Assembly: GCA_964057225.1 (NCBI GenBank)
Contig: OZ059894.1
Coordinates: 9,300,001 to 9,364,000, forward strand
DNA from: Auanema rhodensis
Taxonomy: Eukaryota; Animalia; Nematoda
Direction: 5' to 3'
Length of the DNA stretch: 64,000 nt
Both the position numbers and the translations under genes were made by a program. The notes beneath the pieces were generated by a model, which was not told the origin of the DNA, made no database searches, and saw nothing but the letters and a program-made list of their open reading frames with translations. Below, in pieces: positions 14,257-25,177 of the stretch; within the stretch, counting starts at the first letter, position 1; each line of letters starts with the position of its first letter.

Positions 14257-16459
14257 AAGAGAGAGAAAAAATCATACATATACATATGCTTAGTTCAACA
14301 ACAACATCTCCATCATAAATTTTATCTCATTCGAATGATTTAGGTGAAAAAGATTTCACCTCAAACATACGTCTTAGAACTTTCTCTCTCTCTCTCTCCC
14401 TCTCTCTCTTTTACTAGAATATTAGCTAAATACAATGAATTAACTTCTTCTTCTTCTTCTTCTTGTAATGATTATCTTTAGCATTGTCTTTCTTTTTGAC
14501 ACCAATTCGTACTTTGTTTATGCTTGACTCATTTTAGTGAAATCGTTTCTGAAGTCTAAACTGAGCGTCATCTGCAGTTGATTAGTTTGGGCATGTCACA
14601 ACGTTGCTCCATCGTGGTTTCATCTTCATACATCCATATGTATAGTATATTCCAATATACATGTATATCATGATATTCTTAAATATACATAGAAGTATAC
14701 CATCGTGGTTTCTCCGAAGAAAAATATAAGAGATTTTAGTAACGACGATGATCATCAAATCTAAACTATGCTATGCATAGTTTTTTTTGTTGTCAAATAA
14801 CATGCATATAATTCAGATTGCACTTCATTAGCTATACTTAAATGGTATAAAGATCAAACAACCAAGTAGGCGTAGCATGCAAACCATGCTGACAAGTTAC
14901 AGATCTCGTCCTGAAAACCGGCTCATCAGCTTTCTGATCCGATCATCCGTATTTTAAGCCGAAATTGCCACTTCAGCTTGTTTTGGATTATTCAAGTTAA
15001 TTGCTAGCCCTAGAAATTAATCTGAGCATCAAATTCTCACATGTTTTCTAATAGAATTGTTTGGGAAAACATTTCTAATTCTCATTATTTACAATCTTTC
15101 TTCAACTTTGTATCTCCTCCGATGATCAAGAAACGTTGAAACCTTCCCATTGTCATCATCGATATTATGAGAATGAGAAATATGCTTGTATTTTTCTTTT
15201 TTAGTATTTTCTTCTTCATTTTCTTTCAAAGCAGACAAAAATTATGAGGAGCAGCTGATTGGCTTAGCCTACCGTAAAGAATAAGAAAACAATGAGTGAA
15301 GAAGGCTTTTTGCCATTTTTTCACCACGATACTGTCGGCATATTATACTCACATATCTTAATCATATTAACTTACTTTTATACTTCAACTTTCTTTTTTT
15401 TCAAATTGTACTTATCTTCATATTCTTTTAATTTAAATTCATTTCTCGTATTTCATTACCATTTACTGCATTGTCCTAGTACGCTGTTCACGTGTAAACT
15501 CACGTGAGCACTATGAGAGATCATTTTCTTTTTGTGAAGCATGTAGAACGGTTGTATCAAGTACTTCTTTTTCTCTATTCTCATTTATAACTAACATTCA
15601 TTAGTAATTTTCTCTCTCTCTCTCTCTCTCTTTATCTCTTATTCTAACGTTCGTTTTTTCTCTTTTTCTTCTTTTCTCTTTTTTTCTTTCTCTTTCTCTT
15701 TTTAACTCTTCCACTCTTTTTAACCTCTTTATCTATCCCAATTTTATTGCATCTCACTTTATTCTCCACTTTTGCAACATATAAAACCTTTTTTTTCTTC
15801 ATCTATAGCTGGAATATATAAAATCACAAAATTCTTACCACTTCTCAGCCTTTCTGGACAGCCAGCATTCTCACGTTTCAGTCGACTTTGTAGCAAGCTT
15901 CTAGTATTTCTCATCGTGCCTTTCGAGATTCGTGAGGATTCCAGCTGGACGGACGAAAAACATCACTAAACTGATATGATACCAGAATATGTTTACTTCG
16001 AAGTCTTTTTGCATGAAATTTGACCTCACAGAAGCAGAAATGAAGTTAAGTACTCAGTATTTCCATTCATTTCGGCATAATTCTAATGAAACTCTAATCA
16101 AAATATATTATGTATATATATGTATATCTATCTCTCTTTATATAGATATATAAATATATTTCTAATAATCATATTATAATGAAAAATTATAGTTAATGGT
16201 ATTATTCTGCTTTTTTATGCTCATGCACGCTTATTTGTTACCAAGATTAGCCTTTGTTTCCATTTCGAATCTTGCACCCTGTCCAACCCACCCAAGATGA
16301 ATTGTTGTTTTTATACATTTCAATTTTACATTTTGAAACTTGTAAAGCTTTTTGATCTTGTTCTTTCCTTTAATTATTTATTTTTCTTTCTAATGTATTC
16401 TTAATTGTCGTTATATATCGTAGTATATAGCTAAGATTTTGACTTTTTCAGATGATTCG

Positions 16460-19400
16460 ATGATTCCTCTACTCAATACAAGTTCAGTTCCTCATGCAAA
16501 CTCTCTATTCAAGGTAAGTTTTAATAAAGAATGAGCTTAATCTTCATCTCAAGCTATATTATGATCTTAATATTCGTCTTGAATCATATTTTCTGTTGTT
16601 TTTCGTGTTATTTACTTTGCTTTCTTTTCAAACTCAGAACTGTTTCGACGAACAACTAAACTAACTCAATTACTATGAAAATAAGTTTGAGCTTTCATTC
16701 TGCCTCGTAGAACATGTATATTTATTTTTTTTAAATAATGATGTCATGAAATCTATAAATAAAAGAAAAGAAAACAGAAAAAGGAGAATAATTGATATTG
16801 CAAAATCATTATCATTTGATTATTCATCATATGATACGATTTGTATAAAATCAATTGCCAAAATTGTAGAGAAGAAGTCATTGTTTTTCCTATTGACTTT
16901 GTATTTTTCTCCAATTTTGTACTCTCTCTCTCTCTTTCATATCTAGCTTTTACTCAATTTAAGTTTTACTATGTGTTTTGCAAATCTGAGATCTCTTTAA
17001 GTTCAGATAGGAGAGTTCCAAAACCAAGTAGGGAGTACAGAATAAGAACTAAACTGCATAAGTTTGTGTGAGCAATGAACAAGAAGGTTGAAGTATTAAA
17101 AGAAGAAGAAAAGTAAGATAGTAAGGATTTGGAGAGAAATTAGTTCTTCAACCAATTACGGAAACTAACCTTTGAAATTGTGTCTATTTAAGATTTATCT
17201 CGATCACTAACTTGAAGCCTCTAATTTCCGGTCATGTGAGTTAGAAGTGACCAAGTGTAAGTGAGCTAAGATGAAATGATTTCTGTTGCTGTTTCATGTA
17301 CAACTCATATGCCCATATGACTATTGAACCGAGAATTGTGAGATGAAAAGAAGTTTGGAACAAGTGGAAGAAGCAGTAAAATAATGAAAAAAAAATTTTT
17401 TTTTGGTAAAAGAAAATGGGAGAGCAGTGAATGGAAGGAACATGGGGGTGAAGGAAAGACAACGAAAATAGCAGGGAACACTGAGCAAGAAGATAATAGA
17501 TACAAGAACTTAAAGAAGTTGAAGCTTCTCCTATTCTTATTCTTAAGTTGTACATTTCCAAGTTTTCCTTTCATTCCATGTAAAACATAATAATATATAG
17601 ATTATGTATGAATGAATGGTAATAAGTTATATCATAATATATGAACATTGCAACTTCAGTTGATGAGATGAAACCTATGGGCATTTATGCATGTTTCATC
17701 TTTTCTTCAAGCTCTTCTTCTCAAACTACATATGTTGGAAATGCTCACCAAGGCGGACATGAGCTTGTTTGAAAAGAAAAATAATCGGTTCCTGGTATAA
17801 TAGAAGGAAATAATCTTTTTTCTTCTCAAATTTAAAAACTTCTTCTCAGCAATATCTCCAATTATGGCTATAAACCTAATTGTTTTCTTCCAAAAAAGTC
17901 ACATATACTATGTATTATGCATATTTCACTTACTATATATGCATATATACATCTAAGTATTATGGATATCTTGCAAAAACATTTGCTGCAAACTTTGACT
18001 TGCATACACACACTCACACATGTCAATGTCATCAGAAGCACATGGAAGCGTTCATTTTCTATTTTGGACATTCATCGACAGCCATTTCGAACAGTTGCAT
18101 GCACTCATCCATCATTAAATTTAATTTAAACATTGCCATCTAAATATAAGCTGAGATTAAAGATTTTTATTCGGCAAATTTATAATTTATAAATAATTAA
18201 AATAACTTGTTACAGGTCTCCTGGTCATTTGCTCATGTACTATTGCTTATACTTATAGTACTTGTAATATTTGGCAATGCTCTGGTTATATTGGCTGTAC
18301 TTATTGATAAAAAACTTCGAACAGTCACAACTAACAAGTTTATTGCTAGTTTGGCTGTCTCCGATATACTTGTTGGAACAATTGTTATGCCATTCTCACT
18401 GTATTATAAGGTAAATTTCAAGAATTTAATTAATCCAAACGAGAATATATTTCCAATTTTCAAAATTTCATTGTTTTCTCTTAATATAGAATCTAAAAAT
18501 TTTGATAAAACTCACGAAAAACGATCAAAACAAGGATTTGAAACAGCCAAAAAGACTACAGACTGTGTATCTTTAAATTTAATTAAAATGCTATAGGTTT
18601 TTGGTGTTCAAATAAAATTCGAAGAAAACCTTACCTTCAAACATATGTTTTTTCTATTTTAATTTATTGTAGTTCATGTTTTTGCTTGAAACAAATGTTT
18701 TAGTTATCAAATGATGAATGGACACTTGGATATGCTTGGTGTCAATTCCATCTAGTATCCGGGGTATTTTCAACTACAGCTAGTATAGTTCATTTGGTTG
18801 CCATTAGCCTTGATAGGTGAATTTTGATTTGAAAAATCATTTGTTCAAATCAACATTGATGATTTTCAGATATTTTGCCATCATGTTTCCAACTGAATAT
18901 CAACGACATTCTGTTTCGACTTCAACATTGCCTTATGTGGTTCGTTCAGACATTGAGACTCTCTTTGTTCTTGCGCATGATCTAGATTGCAATTGTTTTC
19001 TGAATCATTCATTACAGATTATGATATGGTTGATGGCTTTAGCTGTATCCTCAACATTATTCATGGAAGGACCTCAGCATAATGCTCGAGTATGCTGGAT
19101 TGAGAATCCACAATATATTGTAAGTCTGCTAACATCTTTCTTTCCTTTTAAATAGTTAATTTGAAAATTAAAAATTCATTTTTCTTATTCAGGTTCTTTC
19201 TTCATTTTTAAGTTTTTTCCTTCCTGGTGTTATAGTTGTATATCTTTACATCAAAATATTCAAAAAACTACGTAATCACCAGCTCTATATGTTTGGAAGT
19301 ACTTCACAGGGAAAACATACTGGAGATAAACGACGCTCATTACCTCGCGTCATCATTGAAGAAGTGAGAAGAAGTTGTAATTCAACTTATTAATTTTATT

Positions 19401-22400
19401 TTTTTTATTGGAGGTTCGATCACGACGTGGTTCGCGACTTTCTCAGACCGGCTCTTCTGGAGGTTCTCCAACCAGACGCGGGAGCAAAGAACGATCGCCC
19501 AGTCAGCCAGATATCTTGCATAACACCGCTCGACCACCACAGAGGTATCAATTAAAATTATGAAAAGGAAATTTTTCTGAATCAAATTTCTTGGTTCAAG
19601 TTTCAAAACTGAAAAATCGTCGAGCTAACTAAAGCAATTATTGTTCTCAGTTCGTTCAAACAAAATCAAATAAATGCCAATCTAAATTAGAAATCTATTG
19701 AGTTAAATTCAGATTTTGTCGAGTTAGTGGCAATAATCATGGCCATGGCAAGTAGTCTTGGGATGAAAAGTACATATTCTTAATATACTTTTTCTCTTTT
19801 TCCCCTTTTTTTTTCTTTTTGAAAATGAAATAGATAGAAAGTAGGATATGAGAAGATGTTTGGTTGAATTGAAAATATGTCAAAGGGAAAAACGAAATGA
19901 AAATGTTTCTTTTTATTGTGGTTGTGTAGTTGATATTAACGAAAAAAGGATTTTGATTAACAGAAATAATTTCAATTTTGTTATTTCTTGACCGCTTTGC
20001 TCGGTTAGATCTTTGCTTAAAGTCGTGAAATGGAAATGGAAGATAATAGTAAGAGGGAGGAGAGACGGGGGACTTGAATGTGGTGCAACAGAAATCAGAT
20101 GAAGAGAAGAGCGAAGAACATGGAATAAGATAGAAGAACATACCAGGAAGCTAGAGTATTCACCTCATGTTCAGATCAAAGTTAAGCTGGTTTGAATTTT
20201 CTTTTCAGCTTGAACTGGAAAAAGAATTTTGAATTGGTTTAGTCCACCCTCAAGTCTCGGAGAAGATAGCTTACAAGACTTGCTATATGTTGAAAAGAGC
20301 ATTGTTCATTGTCTCTAATCGAAGACAAGAGTACGTTTTCGAATTAAGAAGGTTCACTGCACAAAGTTTGAACGAACCTTCTAGAATTCAAGATGAGTAT
20401 GATGTTTCAAGCTTAAGATTAAGTTAACTAGTTAACCTATCCAGTCTCATGAAATAGATTCGGGACAAACTGGAAGTATTTCCAACTATTTTAAGAATAA
20501 ACGTGAGAGTTTTGAAAATAATAATTAAAAATAAGTAATTATTTTATATAAATTATTAAATAATTTATGTTTATACTGTTAATTATATTTTTGTATTTTC
20601 AGATGGCGAAGTCCGACGATCTGTGCTGAAACTCTTGAACACGATCGAACGTCAGCAGCTAAGAAGCGTGTGTCCATTGTACCTGATCCACCATCAATGG
20701 ATGTTAGTTGTAATATGAGTAGCATAGAACAGATGAAGGATGAGCATATGATGAATAGGTAAATTCATGATATTAACTAATCTAATCATGCAATATTCTT
20801 TGTAATTAGGATGAGAGAAGAAGAGATGAATGATCCACTACGTAAGCAAAGCGAGGAGGAAGTTCGAAAACTGAGTGAAGAACGAAAAATAAAAATAGCT
20901 GAAAAGCGTCGAATGAGTACGCAGGATAATCCCAATGGTTTGCCTATTATGCAAGCTTTCCAGAAAGTATGTGTCTTCTTTGGCTGCTCTTTTCTAAAAT
21001 AGATAAAATTCTAGGCTTATAATGATGTTAGAAATGGCCGTCGGCGATCTTCAATCCAGGAAGTTGAAATTTCTTATCACTTTCCCACTTTAGCTGGTGT
21101 AGCTGAAGATGCATCCCCGGGGTCAGCAGAGAAAAAACTTTCCTCAGAATCAAGTATTGCAGAAACTGTTATAGCTTTACACAGAGTGAGTCATATATCA
21201 GTAATTCTAAGCGAATTCGTATCTTGTTAACATGTCCATGACATATTCTCTTGAAGGTTTCCCCTGTTCTTCTAAATAAGGATGACTCACATGACGAATC
21301 AGTATCTACTGATGCTAGTCAAAAGCCTCTGCTATCCGTTCCAAGCAATTGTTATAAGAAAAAGTTAGTGCATCGTATGACTAACAAGATAGTTTTAAGT
21401 TTATTCAGGCCAATTCCTTGTATTCCTCCGCCAACTTTCCTAATGGTTCCAGCAATGATGTCACTTAATACTCCTCCACTATCTCCGAATCTTAAAGATA
21501 ACTGCACTTTGAAGGTAAATTCATTCAATAATTTGATTTATCAAGCATTTCTGTAGGTCCCTCGATTATTCGATTGTCCATCTCCTTGTTCAGTACCTTC
21601 AAATAGTAGTCATTCTTCATATACATCAGCCAGTGGAAGTAGTGATACCTACAGGTAATCTCTATATTTTATTTTATTTATTAAACTATTTATTCCTTTT
21701 CAGAAGAATATCTATGAATAGTTACGGTAGTTCTTTGACAGATGCTACAGATAGTACTTTTGAAATCGACTCAAGGTATTCTGAAAAGATATCTCTTTTG
21801 AATTTCTTACAAATAAACTTCAGACGATCGTCAGCATGGTCAACACTTCGCGCAGCAGTCTTAGATGGAGGTAAATCACATCACAGCAAATCTCACCAAT
21901 CACATCACTCGTCTATTGATATAACGATTGAAGGAACGAATGGAACGCCCCAGAAGAAAATCTCAACAATCAGCAGAGGAAAGCTACGTCGAATCGCTAC
22001 ACAGGTATGATGTCTTTCTAATAGACAAAGTTTAAATTTATGATATTCAGGTAACAAGAGCAATCCGAAGAAAACGACGAGAATCTATGGCTATCAGACG
22101 TGAATCCAGAGCAACACGTGTTGTGGCTGCAATCTTATGTATGTTTCATCTCTATTGTCTCTCAACTATCTACTCATTAATTTTGTTTTTCAGTAGCATT
22201 TTTGATTTGCTGGATACCCTACTTCTGTGTGAGCGTCTTACGTGGAATTCTAACCGGCTTCCGATTTCCCATCAATGAACAGTTTCACATTCAGCTGTTC
22301 GTCAGTACATCATGGCTTGGATATGCTCATTCCTGTTTCAATCCTGTAATCTACATGTGTTTAAACAAAAACTTCCGAGCAACCATGAAAAGACTGTTTT

Positions 22401-22411
22401 CACGCAGCTAA
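16460..22411 (+). CDS. dop-5: Class A (rhodopsin-like) GPCR, biogenic-amine-receptor-like, very long third intracellular loop; most similar in architecture to nematode DOP-5-type orphan receptors
   Basis: Multi-exon model: exon 16460-16513 ([18 protein letters not shown], with N-glycosylation sequon), exon 18216-18410 (TM1 GN; TM2 LAVSD), exon 18704-18816 ([27 protein letters not shown]|Y), TM4 W, TM5 exon from 19193 ([12 protein letters not shown]), a Ser/Arg-rich ICL3 over many exons, TM6 ([20 protein letters not shown]), TM7 ([14 protein letters not shown]), helix 8 NKNFR, stop 22409-22411. The GPCR call is firm; the dop-5 symbol is tentative and from recall only. Confidence 0.9.
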
Positions 22412-22818
22412 CTGTGATATCCAATGACTATTCTCTATTGCCATACTCAATATACTGTAACTACTGTAGGATTACGGTAATATTCATATGTCTGCGCGTC
22501 TGGTATACGGTATATAGTCTAGCTTTCGCAATCTACATTCAGTCATTCCTTCAAAATCTCTAAACATCGATCTCTTGTTAGTTTCCAAATTCTGTGTTCT
22601 ACATATCATATACAACAAATCAAGTTGTTTCTATTGAACATCACCTATTAATCTCGTTTGTTGCTCAATGAAGGCATCTTAACGCAAACTTCCTGCCGGT
22701 ATGCAATGTCATAATAATGTTTCATCATAAATTTATAATTTATAATTTTTTTTATTAAAGCTTTAAGGCAAAAACTGCTCATATGATAAAGTATTAAAGT
22801 TGGTCAAAGTTGATCATA

Positions 22819-22861
22819 ACACACACACACACACACACACACATACACATACATACACACA
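22819..22861. repeat. (AC)n/(ACAT)n microsatellite between the convergent GPCR and globin 3' ends
   Basis: Visible directly. Confidence 0.9.
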
Positions 22862-23130
22862 TAGCTCATAAATAGATTTAAAAAAAAAAGTAAAAGAGTC
22901 TTAAAAATTAAATGAGAAGAGGAAGGAAAAAGGTTAAACCAGCAAGATAACACGGCGAATTTCAAAAATATGTACATATGTATATAATTTATAAAATATA
23001 GTTAACAAGTGAGACGAATGTTTTTTAATTTTTTGTGCAATACTGCGAATATCCCGGCTATAAAGCTTCATTTTGAATTTGAAAAATAATAAAAATCACT
23101 CTGATACCCAACATATTACGCCTATATTAG

Positions 23131-24841
23131 TTATACATTTGAAACACGCACTCCTTTTGAAGGCACAAATCTAGCTTCTGATTTCGATCGACTCATTTCT
23201 TGGCTTTTGTGTAGTCGTAAACGTGCGGCGGAAGGATAAACGTTGGTTGAAGGACAGCTTCCAGATGCATTCACAAACGCTTGACGACGTACATTGGCAG
23301 ACGTATTCATTGATATTGGGCATGTCTGAAACAAACAGTTGTTTAAAGAGTAAGCTATGAATCACACATTGAAATTATTCAAAACAAAACACGAAATTCA
23401 AAGCAAAATGTTTGTTGTTTCAAGTTTCATCACGTCAATCTCACATCAAAAAAGGCATTTTATGTAGAATTTCAAATGTTTTTCTTCCTTTTTATCACAA
23501 TAGTATTAATAGCTTTTCATAGATTCTTATGTAATTTCATGTTTTCTTCTCACACAGGCTAACTAACCCGTGATCTTCCATGAAATTCTTCACAAAAATA
23601 TTCTCTCGGTGTTACAAACACCTGAAAAAACGATTCATAAGGTTATGAAAACTTTTGGTAAGTATAGTTCTTACGTCATCATTTGAATCTGCACTATTCC
23701 GTTTTTCTAAAGCTCGTACTCGATCATTTGAACTACTTCTCCGATGATCATCCATTGATGCCTAAAATAATAGAAAATGTTAGTTTTTAGCATGTAAACT
23801 ACATAAACTACTTGTGCTCCTATAGTTCTACCAAAAGAAAACATTTTATCCGTCATTGCAACAGCTAATAAAGACCAGGCTGATGGTGCATGAGGATAAG
23901 CTCGAATACATTCTTGCATGAACATCACCTAAGAATAATATTTGTCACTCCAGCTATAAGTCATTGGAAATGTATACCTCAGCAAAACATTCGCCAAGCT
24001 GATGCCACATTCTTCTTTCAAAGCCTAGTGGACATAATTTTGCATGGCTTCTCCCTAAAGAAGGAAGTATCATTAATTCAAATGTTTTGAAACTAATGAC
24101 TAACCAATTGATTCAGGATCTAAGCCTTCTATTCCGGTGCCACCTTCAAACATGCAGTTCAATATTGAATCAACAAATTGAACTAAGATATGAGCATGGT
24201 CCCTAAACAGGTTAGAAGTTTATACAAACTTCTTTCAATTCAATACCTGATTGTAGATATTGAGCATCCTGTCACTCGCCTATTTCTGCGATCTTCTATA
24301 CATGAAAGAAATGCAGATTTATAGAAAATTCGGGGTACAGCCGGTTCAAGTTCGCATAGCTTATTTAAAACCTTGAAAAGCATAGTTAGTCTTATATTCT
24401 ACGGATTTAGAGTACTTTTTCCATAATATGTATCGTTCCTCGCCCAGATGTTTTTGGTGCTTCCGATAATCGTTTCCATGTTACTTTCAAGGCTCGTTTC
24501 TAAAATTAGAAAACAGAATCATAACTATATCCCGTATAGCATAATGTGCTACCTGCAAATCATTCAATTTTCCGTTCAAGTAAACAACAAAGTTTTGAAG
24601 ATTATTGGCTCCTGGCTGACTCTGTTCAAGCTGTTTAGTATCCTGCTTGTGATAGTCTGGCACCGGAGACGGACTGCCTAGTCCAACTACTGGATGGACT
24701 AAAGAGCATATGCGATGAAACTTATTTTTTCTAATTGTACATACTATTTGTGCTCAAATTATCGAAATCATAATCTTTCCATTCTTCATTCATCTCATGA
24801 ATGAGCTTTTTGCGTTGTATAGCTTCCTTGATTCGCATCAT
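23131..24841 (-). CDS. Nematode-type globin (glb family) with N- and C-terminal non-globin extensions, about 10 exons
   Basis: Spliced translation: MMRIKEAIQRKK...LNDLQ|KRALKVTWKRL (helix A) ...IMEK|VLNKLCELEPAVPRIF (B/C-CD) ...TIRDHAHILVQFVDSIL (E helix, distal His) ...SIGRSHAKL (F8 His) ..GFERRMWHQLGECFAE|VMF (G) ..AYPHAPSAWSLLAVAMTDKMF (H). The tail ends ...GVRVSNV* at 23131. A TTTCAG acceptor lies just upstream of the ATG with an in-frame stop in between (likely trans-splice site or UTR intron). Confidence 0.88.
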
Positions 24842-25129
24842 CTTGCACTAACTTCCTGAAAATTTGAAATAAAATTTGAACACTGAATGCATAAAACAGA
24901 ACTTAAACGATGGACAGAAGATATATAAAGTGAAATACAGTTATAATATTATGAATAATTGAAAAAATATATAAAAAGTAGTTGGGAAATACATGGAATA
25001 GTTGAAATAACGGGAAGAGCTTTAATCATTGCTGAAACATTTGAATGGTGAAATTATACGTTTCATATAAAGGGTAGGTTCAAATGCAAAAAAAAAGGAA
25101 AAAGAGTTCTTTTCCTTACATGTTAATTC

Positions 25130-25139
<10 letters not shown>

Positions 25140-25174
<35 letters not shown>
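25140..25174. repeat. (AG)n microsatellite upstream of the globin gene
   Basis: Visible directly. Confidence 0.95.

Positions 25175-25177
<3 letters not shown>

Noticed and set aside
39-16000. Many 60-140 aa ORFs in the ORF track (e.g. 2279..2617, 4646..4969, 5738..6160, 8180..8434, 9959..10222, 12571..12807)
   Set aside because: They are low-complexity translations of CT/GA microsatellites or AT-rich DNA, with no domain motifs and no consistent chain of splice sites.
16460-24841. GPCR-globin chimera like nematode GLB-33
   Set aside because: The GPCR and globin are on opposite strands, convergent, and each has its own stop codon.
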